A DNA stretch of 63,574 bases from the NCBI RefSeq assembly GCF_001194135.2, contig NC_068987.1:11086181-11149754 (forward strand). Reading direction: 5' to 3'. The notes under the pieces were generated by a model that was given only the letters and a program-made list of their open reading frames with translations, made no database searches and had not been told where the DNA came from. The position numbers and the translations under genes are program-made. This DNA comes from Octopus bimaculoides (taxonomy: Eukaryota). Shown in pieces: positions 53,147 to 63,574 of the stretch (positions are counted from its first letter, which is position 1; every line of letters starts with the position of its first letter).

Positions 53147-55175
53147 GCGCAGCAAAAGCAGTAACTATAGGAAATCAATATTTGAAATAGAAAAGTAAAA
53201 AAAAAAACAAAAACAAAACAAAACAAAATCTATTTAAACTGCTTGTAAACTGGAGAGACTTCATACTAACCAACCTAGAACGTTGTTTCTGATGTCCAAA
53301 TGCTTGTTGGTTTTGCTAGGAACTGCTAGGTTACCAAGAATGCATAGAAACCATATTTACTAATATATCAAGGAAGAGCCTTAGCAACGAAGAAATGTGA
53401 CTCCATAAATGCTCCATGTTACAAAACTTTTTTCACCTTATTGTTACCTGTTGGCAGAGATATTTTGAAAGTATTTAAACCTTTTTGATATCAACCTACC
53501 TGAGACAGGTCTTGGTTTTTTTTTTGTTTGTTTGTTTTTTTATGATACAAACTTAGTTGTTGTAGAGTGATCTAAATTCTTTTTATTCTTTTGCTTGTTT
53601 TGGTCATTTCACTGTGGCCATGCTGGAGCGCTGCCTTGAGGGTTGGGTGGGTTGGGGGGTTTAGTCAAGCAAATCAACCCNNNNNNNNNNNNNNNNNNNN
53701 NNNNNNNNNNNNNNNNNNNNNNNNNNNNNNNNNNNNNNNNNNNNNNNNNNNNNNNNNNNNNNNNNNNNNNNNNNNNNNNNNNNNNNNNNNNNNNNNNNNN
53801 NNNNNNNNNNNNNNNNNNNNNNNNNNNNNNNNNNNNNNNNNNNNNNNNNNNNNNNNNNNNNNNNNNNNNNNNNNNNNNNNNNNNNNNNNNNNNNNNNNNN
53901 NNNNNNNNNNNNNNNNNNNNNNNNNNNNNTAATTTATCCAATAATTCTGCTGTTCTAATGGCGTCTCGGCATTCAAAAATAAATTATTGTCTTATTTGTA
54001 TCTATATACACATTGCAGCTCTTTATAATATATATATATATATATATATATAGTGTGTGTGTCTGTGTTCGACCCCCAAACTTTGCTTTTCATCCTTTTG
54101 GGGTCAATAAATTAAGTACCAGTTACGCACTGGGGTCGATGTAATTGACTTAATCCCTTTGTCTGTCCTTGTTTGTCCCCTCTATGTTTGTCCCCTTGTG
54201 GGCAATAGAGAAATAAGAACTATGGTAATGACAGGCTTAGCTTGAAATTTCCCAATCAAAACTCTGTTGGTTGTACATTATGGGTTTTAGCTGACTAAAG
54301 AAACAACTATCTACTTTAATATTTTATGGAATTCAGAGCTACAGTCAGAATGGTAAAGCTACTCAAAGCTCATTAATTGTAAAATTTAGACAGGTATTTT
54401 TAATAATCAGATGTTTACTTCACCTCTGGATCCAGTGTTAGTCATTGGCCAACTTTTTTGCTGTGGCCGTTATTTTGGCAACAGTTACAATGAATCACGT
54501 TCTCAAACATGGCTACTGATGCAGGGTAAGGATATGTTGTTGAGAAAATTTAGATGCAGGCGGAACAGTTTACATCGCGATTCTTTCTTTGGTTCAGTCA
54601 ACGAACACCACGTGTTTTGAGATGGAAATTAGCTGTAACTGCTATTTATAGCATTGGCCATCGTGTAATATCCGTCTGGTCAGAGAATTTTCTTCAATGT
54701 TTTTCTTGGCTCTTGATGAACTCAAAGTTAGTCCTTGGTTCATATTGCTATGTGAACACTTTCAGAGGATACAGTTTAGAAAATATAATATACAGGTCTT
54801 GCAGCTTGTTTGATGGTTACAGAATTTGGCAACCTTCTCTCTATTGTGTTTTGTATTGTGTATGGTAGTTGTGGTGGTGGAGTTACTTGAACAGGAGCTA
54901 ATTTCTGAAAAGAAAGTATATATATATATATACCGGAGTAAGCACATAAATGTGAAACAAGGTGAAAAAAAGAGTACTCAAATACCAGAGGTAGAGTAAT
55001 ATGCTTTATTTAAAAGCACGGGAACGTGAAGCTCTGAGTAACAGCTTTTGTTATATTTCTGCTGTTTTTAAATAAAGTATATATATATATATGTGTGTGT
55101 GTATGTATGTATATATAAACTCTTTGTATTATATATACATATGTGTATAAGTATATACGTGTGTGTGTGTGTGTG

Positions 55176-55223
<48 letters not shown>

Positions 55224-55246
55224 GCCAAAGTTCTTAGAAGTTCTCT

Positions 55247-55895
55247 AATCAATGCAACAGCCTGTTGATGAAATAAATGTGCAAGTGGCTGAGCACTCCA
55301 CAGACATGTGTACCCTTAATGTAGCTCACAGGGAGATTCAGCATGACACAGAATGTGGCAAGGACGACCCATTGAATTACAGGTACTACTCATTTTTGCC
55401 AGCTGAGTGGACTGGAGCAACATGAAATAAAGTGTCTTGCTCAAGGACTCAACATGCTGCCAGGAATTGAACTCACATTTGTTAGCTGACTACCCTAACC
55501 ACTAGACCACATGCTTTCACTCTTACAATTTTTAGTTGTAATCCTGTGAAAGAGTAAAAGGTATAGACCCCCTTTGGTCATGAATGACTATGGGATTGCA
55601 CCTAGAAAGTTACCCTCTGAGGCACAAGTCCGGGCAAGGTTGTTTATGGAAGACCAGCAGTCGCCCATGCATACCAGCTTCCCCCCTCCATGCCACCGAT
55701 GTTATCCAAGGGAAAGGCAAAGGCCAAGGGAGCTTGGCACCAGTGACACCACAACTCATTTCTGCAATTGAGTGAACTCTAGCAACATGAAATAAAGTGC
55801 CTTGCTCAGGAACACAACACACAGCCTGGTCCGGGAATCGAGCTCACAACCTCATGATTGTGAGCCCGATGCTCTAACCACTGAGCCATGTGCCC
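55247..55895 (-). mobile_element. Two adjacent SINEs with the same head/core: 55247-55515 (G tail) and 55560-55895 (different tail)
   Basis: Both contain gcaacatgaaataaagtg(t/c)cttgctca; their 3' halves are unrelated. Confidence 0.8.
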
Positions 55896-57003
55896 ACACT
55901 GTAATCCTGTATAGTACTATTTTATCCTTTTTAGGAATCTTCAGTATGACGTATTCATTAATTAGATATATAACAAAGAGAGAGAGAACGTTACAGTAAA
56001 ATTGATGGTGAAATTAATTACAGAGAAAATTCATGGGTGTTTTCTTAATATTTCTTCATTGAATATTGTAAGTTTTGGAATTGAGAGAGCGCAAGAGAAA
56101 GCATCTATAGTGTTTCGTCTTAGTAAGATTATTTAGAATAATTTATCTGTCGACATAAGGAATATGATATGGAATTTTTGTGTAATATATTTAGTATATT
56201 AACTTCACTCATTCGATAAGTTTACTTGCATATGAATGAGGTGATTGTATATAGCTAGGAACTTTTACGTATATACATTTTTTTTTTATTTATTTTGAAA
56301 TTAAACAAGTTTCAGAAATATCTATTATAAATCACTGTTAAAATCCAAACAGTAAACCGTTTGCTAATATAAATCGCCTTTAGCAATCATACAGTTTACC
56401 AGATGAAATCAGTTGAAAAGGAATCTTGAATAATAAAAGCTGTGCAGGTGTGGTGAATTCTTTGAAATTAGTGTGACAAGCCAGGCATGTTATAAAATTC
56501 TGATGCATTTCCTGTTCTGAACCAAGCGATTTAGTTTATGCGATGAGGAGAATTGATATATTTTTATACCTTCTCTTAAATAGACATCCATGCATAGTAT
56601 ACTTTTGATCTTTTCTCTTGCCAGCTCATATTTTCTGTGACTTGCTACCTAATTATTATTAGTGTCTTGATATATTTTAACGAGAGCATCACTAATTTCG
56701 GGTTTTATCCACAGTTCTGCATTTACTGACCTGAGTCTGTGTCAGTATCACTGGCAGCCAGGAAATATCAATCTTTCTTTTTAATGCTTACAGGAACTTG
56801 AATTAAATGTTTAAACTCTGTTGATCCTCATGAACAGACTGTCTACCTCTACGTGCTATGTTTAATTGTATTCATACCCTTGGATACGATTGTGTCCCAG
56901 GTATGGCCACAGCCCAGTGACTGCCAACTGTAAAAGAGACACACATGCACTGCTGCCACCACCACCACCATCTTCTTCTTATCATCATCATCATTATTAT
57001 TAT

Positions 57004-57200
57004 TATTACCTCCACCTTAGTAAAGGCGGAAGTATTGTTTCCAGTCGTGTTTCTTTGTTTGTTTGTCCGCGGACAAGATATCTCAAGAACCGCTGGATGG
57101 ATTCGGATGACACTTTCAGGGATGTTTGGCCTCATAACTGGCACGAACTGACTATATTTTGAGATTGATCCAGTACCGGACAAGGATTCTGGAATATTTG
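57004..57200 (+). mobile_element. Helentron-associated (HINE/DINE-like) non-autonomous element
   Basis: Starts tattacctccacc-ttagtaaa-ggcggaag (short 5' inverted repeat), then a (gttt)n tract, then gatatctcaagaaccgctggatggattcggatgacactttcagg...ttttgagattgatcc. This layout is typical of HINE-type elements; the family call is from memory. Confidence 0.55.
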
Positions 57201-57919
57201 TTATATTTAATTTACTTTACATGATTATGATCTTACGTTGACTTTCAAGTCTTTCTCAATTATCTCCCTTTAGGCTATTTCCAAAGCCTTATTTTCGTTT
57301 CTCTGTCATTAATTTTACTCGCGTTTCTATCTTAGTGGAAAATGATGGATAAAGAAATCAAACTACATAAACAAACAACAGCAAAACCGTTCAGAAATTA
57401 AATAACACTAACATATTTTTATAATATATATATTATATATTATACATACATATTAACAATTTACAGTATACTTACGTATATACATACATCTATACATCAA
57501 TCTAAAACAACAGGAATACTAAAGGAAGGCCGGAAGTTAAGAGAAGAGAAAACCAAAAGGTCTCATGCTATTCATTTAAATATTCCTGAGTAGAACTTAT
57601 TATTACCTTCACCTTTGAAACTATTTTGAATGGTAACACTACCACCACCACAACCACAATAACTACCCCTACCACCAGAATCAACGACTACCGAAGAAAA
57701 AAAATAATAAATGAGTGGAAATCGGACCGGTGTGTGTGTTAATTAATAGGCATTAAAACAGAGTGACTCTTCCCAGACACAATAATATATATAATATGTA
57801 AATGTCGAGCAATGAGACTGAGTGCTCAACACCACATTGGTGGATAATTTTTTTATTTGTGCATTAAGGCTACCATTTGTTTCATGTTAATAAGAACATC
57901 TTAATTTTTCAAGCTGATC

Positions 57920-57962
<43 letters not shown>

Positions 57963-57973
57963 CACACGTAATA

Positions 57974-58345
57974 GGCACAAGAGTGGTTGTGTGATAAGAA
58001 GCTTGCTTCCCAACCACATGGTTCTGGGTTCAGTCCTACTGTGTGGCACCTTGTAGAAGTGTCTTCTATTATAGCCTTGGGCCAACCAAAGCCTTGTGAG
58101 TGGATTTGGTGAACAGAAACTGAAAGAAGCTTGTCGTGTGTGTGTGTGTGTGTGTTTGTCCCCCGCCCCACTATCGCTTGATAACTGATGTTGGTGTGTT
58201 TACGTCCCCATAACATTAGCGGTTCGGCAAAAGGAGTCCGATAGAATAAGTACTAGGCTTACAAAGAACAAGTCCTGGGGTTGATTTGTTCGACTAAAGG
58301 TGGTGCTCCAGCATGGCCACAGTCAAATGACTGACACAAGTAAAT
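57974..58345 (+). mobile_element. SINE family A, full length
   Basis: ggcacaagagtggttgtgtgataag...gactgacacaagtaaa. Confidence 0.9.
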
Positions 58346-58364
58346 GAATAAATGAATATAGTGT

Positions 58365-58367
58365 GTG

Positions 58368-58400
<33 letters not shown>

Positions 58401-58413
58401 GGATGGATAGATG

Positions 58414-58478
<65 letters not shown>

Positions 58479-58506
58479 GTTGATAGATAGATAGATAGAT
58501 AGATAT
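58365..58506. repeat. (TAGA)n microsatellite
   Basis: Directly visible. Other long simple repeats: (TCTA)n 2100-2156, (ATT)n 24113-24172, (CTA)n 25488-25555, (AAT)n 39108-39152, and dozens of (TA)n/(TG)n/(CT)n/(GAT)n tracts. Confidence 0.97.
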
Positions 58507-60954
58507 ACAATGTATATGCATATAAGAATATGTCTGTGTGTTTGTATATGACTGTGCTTTGTGTTTATATAGGAACTCACCCCCTTACATACCCACGTGT
58601 GCGCCTGCTTGTGTTCGTGTGTACACACACAAGTGTAGTCAATCAGGGTGAAAGCCTTCCTTCTGTAGAGAATAAGCGAGATATCTGTGTCTGTGTGATA
58701 TAACCGAAAGGTTGGACGGAAAGTGTTTTTTTAGTAAGTATCGGTTATAATATACACTTGCACTTATCACGACTCACATAACATAATTATCTCATTAATT
58801 TTCTTTGGTGATCTGATAGCTAGTGAAAGCATCTTCAAACACTGGGAAACAAACCCCAAATTTACACTATTAGTCCCCAGCATCAACACCACTAACACTT
58901 CTCTGTCTTCCCTATCGGCTTTTGGGGTTTTTTTCTTCATAAATTGTATTGTATTGATACACTAACACTAATAAAGCAAGCCCTTTAGTGCGCGGCTATT
59001 TTATATAACTAGTTGCCAACAAACCGTTTAACACTAGTCCTTTTTTGTGTTTTGCTTTATTTTCTAAAACTGGAAGAATGAAAAGATCTAGTTTCTACCC
59101 CACATCTTTCTACACAATAAAAATATAAACTAAGAAAAGAAATTAAACCTCCAGCAGTCAGTTGATTATGAAAGCTATAGCATTAAACAAGTACTGCCTA
59201 CCTATCTCTCTTTCTCCCTATCTATCTGTGTGTCTTTCTGTCCATCTACTCTCTCTCTCTCTCTCTCTCTCATTCTCGTATTTGGTTGGAATGCAGTATT
59301 TTTGTTTTTCAGGCCTTTAAACACTGTTAGTGTCTCTAAGCAACTGTAGCTGTTTATTGATGTTTTTTCCACCATCACCACCTCCTCTCCATTTCACTAT
59401 GTCAGACTTAAAAATCTCTGGTGGAGATGGTCAGTGCACTGATGTATATATATCATATATTTTATACATATACATACATACATACATGTTTGTGCGCGTG
59501 TGTGTATGTATATATATATATATANNNNNNNNNNNNNNNNNNNNNNNNNNNNNNNNNNNNNNNNNNNNNNNNNNNNNNNNNNNNNNNNNNNNNNNNNNNN
59601 NNNNNNNNNNNNNNNNNNNNNNNNNNNNNNNNNNNNNNNNNNNNNNNNNNNNNNNNNNNNNNNNNNNNNNNNNNNNNNNNNNNNNNNNNNNNNNNNNNNN
59701 NNNNNNNNNNNNNNNNNNNNNNNNNNNNNNNNNNNNNNNNNNNNNNNNNNNNNNNNNNNNNNNNNNNNNNNNNNNNNNNNNNNNNNNNNNNNNNNNNNNN
59801 NNNNNNNNNNNNNNNNNNNNNNNNNNNNNNNNNNNNNNNNNNNNNNNNNNNNNNNNNNNNNNNNNNNNNNNNNNNNNNNNNNNNNNNNNNNNNNNNNNNN
59901 NNNNNNNNNNNNNNNNNNNNNNNNNNNNNNNNNNNNNNNNNNNNNNNNNNNNNNNNNNNNNNNNNNNNNNNNNNNNNNNNNNNNNNNNNNNNNNNNNNNN
60001 NNNNNNNNNNNNNNNNNNNNNNNNNNNNNNNNNNNNNNNNNNNNNNNNNNNNNNNNNNNNNNNNNNNNNNNNNNNNNNNNNNNNNNNNNNNNNNNNNNNN
60101 NNNNNNNNNNNNNNNNNNNNNNNNNNNNNNNNNNNNNNNNNNNNNNNNNNNNNNNNNNNNNNNNNNNNNNNNNNNNNNNNNNNNNNNNNNNNNNNNNNNN
60201 NNNNNNNNNNNNNNNNNNNNNNNNNNNNNNNNNNNNNNNNNNNNNNNNNNNNNNNNNNNNNNNNNNNNNNNNNNNNNNNNNNNNNNNNNNNNNNNNNNNN
60301 NNNNNNNNNNNNNNNNNNNNNNNNNNNNNNNNNNNNNNNNNNNNNNNNNNNNNNNNNNNNNNNNNNNNNNNNNNNNNNNNNNNNNNNNNNNNNNNNNNNN
60401 NNNNNNNNNTATATCGTTACATACATTATATGATATCCTATGTGCATGGCTGTGGGGTTTAAAAGTTTTGCTTCCCAACCATGTGGTTTCGGGTTCAGTC
60501 CCACTGCGCAGCACCTTGGGCAAGCATCTTCTACTATAGAGCTCTTGAATAGATTTGATATGTGGAAACGGAAAGGAGCCTGTCATGTGTTTGTGTGAGT
60601 GTGTTTGTGTCTGTTTGTCTCCATGTGTTGACATCATGTGACAGATGTAAAGCAGTATCATTCATTTTGAATATTCTGTGGAACATGTCTGACGGTGGGG
60701 GGAAATATTACTTTACTTGAAAACAAGAGTTGGTGACAGGAAGGGCATCCAGCCATAGCAAATCTGCTTCAAGCTAAGTTGTTCACTCTATACCAGCATG
60801 GAAAAATAATGACATAGAATGATGATGGTGGTGGTATATTTTTTAAAAAGTGGTTGTTTGATATTTTTTGTTTTCCCATGAGTATTTCAATTTTTCATCA
60901 GTTATTCCTTGACCTGAGCGATGTACAGTCACAATAGCCTTTTTGTTTACACCA

Positions 60955-61330
60955 TACATATATATATAAACACCAACGCACATACATACATATGCACAAA
61001 CACCAACACACATATACACAATCACCAACACGCATACATACATACACACAAACACCAACACACATATATACACGAACACCAACACATACATATACACAAA
61101 CCCAACATACATACATACATATACACAAACGCCAACACGTACATATACACAAACCCAACACACATACACACATAAACAAACACCAAGACATACATATACA
61201 CAAACACCAACACACACACATATACACAAACACCAACACACACACACATACACAAACACCAACACACATACATACATACATATACACAAACACCAACACA
61301 CATGCATACACACCAACACCTACACACATT
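60955..61330. repeat. About 26-bp CA-derived minisatellite (aaacaccaacacacatacatatacac)
   Basis: Recurrent aaacaccaacac motif, more than ten times. Confidence 0.9.
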
Positions 61331-61499
61331 TTATTTGAAGTTAAATGTAAAAAACTTAATGAGAAACTGAAGGATTATTCACTACATGTTAAGTTTTACA
61401 AGAAAACTTCTAAATCAATGAATGTGTGTGAAGAGCATTGTAATTTGTTTGAAGCATTGTAGTGAAAAATAATTGTTGCAAGCTTTCCTCATTTCTCAT

Positions 61500-61727
61500 T
61501 TAACTCTTTAGCATTCAAATTACTCTATCAAATGCATTGTTTATTTATTCACGTTGTTTTGAATTAGTCATGCATTATCTTGTAGCTTCAAGATTTCAAT
61601 GGTGTGTTTGTATATTTTTAGAATGACATTGTAGGGTCGGTGTGAGAGGCTGGATCTGGTCGGTTTTAACATAAAACAGGTAGAATATCTGGGCTAGATA
61701 TGGCCAGATTAAATGCTAAAGGGTTAA
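61500..61727 (+). mobile_element. piggyBac-type MITE, family C
   Basis: TTAA|CTCTTTAGCATT...AAATGCTAAAGGG|TTAA. Confidence 0.9.
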
Positions 61728-61852
61728 AATAGACATTGGAGCTTGATGCAGTCCTTGAACACATCGAAACCTGTCAAACTATCGAACCTGTCCCAGCGTG
61801 GAACATTGACTTTAAATTATGATGATGATATTGATGATGACAAACTCTTTCA

Positions 61853-62074
61853 ACTCTTTTACTTGTTTCAATCATTTGACTGCGGCCGTGCTGGAGCACT
61901 GCCTTTAGTTGAGCAAATCGACCCCATGACTTATTCTTTGTAAGCCTAGTACTTATTCTATCGGTCTCTTTTGCCGAACTGCTAAGTTACGGGGACGCAA
62001 ACACACCAGCATCGGTTGTCAAGTGATGTTGGGGGGACACAGACACACAAACATATACACACACATACATACAT

Positions 62075-62111
<37 letters not shown>

Positions 62112-62517
62112 NNNNNNNNNNNNNNNNNNNNNNNNNNNNNNNNNNNNNNNNNNNNNNNNNNNNNNNNNNNNNNNNNNNNNNNNNNNNNNNNNTATACACA
62201 CACACACATATATATATGATGGGCTTCTTTCAGTTTCATCATCATCATCATTGTTTAATGTCCGCTTTCCATGCTAGTATGGGTTGGACGATTTGACTGA
62301 GGACTGGTGGACCAGGTGGCTACACCAGGCTCCAATCTGATTTGGCTGAGTTTCTACAGCTGGATGCCCTTCTTTCGTCTACCAAATCCACTCACAAGGC
62401 TTTGGTTGGCCCGAGGCTATAGCAGAAGACACTTGCCCAAGGTGCTACACAGTGGGACTGAACCCAGAGCTATGTGGTTGGTAGGCAAGCTACTTACCAC
62501 ACAGCCAGTCCTGCACC
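61853..62517 (-). mobile_element. SINE family A, reverse, interrupted by an N-gap and a family B element (62238-62372)
   Basis: The family A sequence cagtttc|cgtctacc is split by a (CAT)n-tailed family B copy; tttc appears on both sides. Confidence 0.88.
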
Positions 62518-63363
62518 TATTCTGTTCTCAAAATAATGTTTTTAAATGGTTATTTAAAAAAAAATCGTTCTTTAAATATTGTGAATGTATTAAGTATATA
62601 TTACAAAGACTTGTAAATGTATATGTAGATGTATTTACATATACATACATGTATATGTGTGTCTGTGTACAGATATATAATATATATACATGCACTCACA
62701 CACACACATATTCCAATAAAAAGAGTGCTGTGTTCATATGCATCTATGTTTATTCACACTATTACTTACTATTTAGTGACTATTGGTAATCGTAAAATCC
62801 TTCTATTTTTGTATTATTTTTAAACATTCTGTAATAATAGATTTTTACTTCCATAATGCATTTCTCACTCAAAATCATGAGATTTTTTGGCAAAACACAA
62901 TTTCTTAGTTTGATGGGAGCAAATTTTGTCAATTTTCTCCTGCGCTAAGCAGCAGATATTGGTTGGAGTTATTACATTTAATTCAACACATTATATATTC
63001 TTTATTTTAAAAACTGATGCTTGCTTATTTGGAATAATTCCAAAAACAAAAAAAGAATATGTTGGAACTGATGCAAATTAGTGCAGATGTTCTCTGTAAT
63101 ACAAGATGTCTAAAACTAAAATAGGCTGAGAAACGCATGGGAGATGAAGAATTATGTGGTGGCTACAATGCTAAAGTACTGGGCTATCTATTAACCACAC
63201 AGTTTTATAGTTGTGAATTCAAGCCCATATCTTGGTAGATTTTTGATTTTATTTTCTTCCTGAATAGTAATATGTAATACATGTTTTTTCCTCTCTATTT
63301 TAGTGGTTGAGGTTTGCCAGCACTCTCTGGCATGATGCATATGTATGTGTGTATATGTATATG

Positions 63364-63415
<52 letters not shown>

Positions 63416-63541
63416 GCAGAATTTATCAGGATTAGGAATACGTGGGATATGAGCTACATATGTTTCTTAACTAGCTGAAGTTCATTATGTAAGTCTTATG
63501 CAACAAACTCTCCTCATTGTGTATATGTGTGTACATGCATA

Positions 63542-63574
<33 letters not shown>

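Larger units (their letters stand above)
25128..54219. mobile_element. SINE family E copies: 25128-25285(+), 25287-25488(+), cluster 35640-36215(-), 41334-41420(+), 41700-41775(+), 49322-49455(+), 54078-54219(+)
   Basis: Shared gcagaatcgttagcacg...gagttcaaatt head and gaggtc.actttgcctttcatcctttcggggtcgataaattaagtacc core. The core resembles central domains shared across animal SINEs (from memory, unverified). Confidence 0.75.
7618..60615. mobile_element. Further partial family A copies: 7618-7680(+), 13153-13266(-), 22851-22992(+), 24913-25038(-), 38560-38728(+), 42695-42860(+), 45225-45300(-), 50125-50200(+), 50275-50335(+), 52465-52545(+), 53590-53680(-), 60440-60615(+)
   Basis: Each matches the head, core or tail of the full-length copies by eye; boundaries are approximate. 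Confidence 0.7.
3980..62192. other. 14 assembly gaps (N): 3980-4699, 6889-7371, 12530-12988, 14260-14359, 20306-20444, 21362-22052, 22993-23983, 26125-26134, 27767-28403, 31979-31988, 43842-43865, 53681-53929, 59525-60409, 62112-62192
   Basis: Runs of n; most are flanked by (TA)n or SINE sequence. Confidence 0.98.
6330..62372. mobile_element. Other family B/H copies sharing the ggttggcg..aggaagggcatcc...(GAT)n tail: 6330-6460(+), 7900-8110(+,H), 15310-15500(+), 17335-17492(-), 27180-27510(-), 27617-27766(-), 28445-28690(-), 30955-31110(+), 43176-43650(+), 44735-45230(-), 52560-52830(+), 52890-53145(+,H), 60640-60830(+,H), 62238-62372(-)
   Basis: Shared tail motif and a short trinucleotide tandem 3' end, as in SINEs mobilised by RTE-like LINEs; boundaries are approximate. 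Confidence 0.75.

Noticed and set aside
3792-62277. Long ORFs of 200-430 aa in the ORF track (for example 3792-4877, 21171-22262, 22776-24065, 59330-60433)
   Set aside because: They consist almost entirely of X from N-gaps plus YI/HT/CV/RE dipeptide runs from microsatellites.

Overview
Eukaryotic, AT-rich, microsatellite-saturated DNA with 14 N-gaps (about 5.5 kb in total). Composition and SINE content look like an octopus (coleoid cephalopod) genome; this is inferred, not checked against a database. I could not assemble a complete protein-coding gene, and nearly all listed ORFs are translations of microsatellites, gaps or SINEs, so the window reads as a large intron or intergenic region. What the sequence supports: (1) several tRNA-headed SINE families (labelled A, B/H, E, G here), often nested and in both orientations; (2) two families of about 220-230 bp piggyBac-type MITEs (TTAA|CCC...GGG|TTAA); (3) decayed RTE-clade LINE fragments, one broken into three pieces by younger insertions; (4) an internally deleted mariner relic, a long-TIR fold-back MITE and a Helentron/HINE-like element; (5) an orphan 64-codon segment encoding two canonical C2H2 zinc fingers (9414-9608, minus). 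The most unusual observations are a MITE dimer with the same 23-nt spacer at two inverted loci, SINE insertion at the same nucleotide of two separate MITE copies, an interleaved inverted-repeat cassette (45629-45895), and many close inverted repeat pairs that could form dsRNA. I see no prokaryotic-type system, CRISPR array or true tRNA/rRNA gene.
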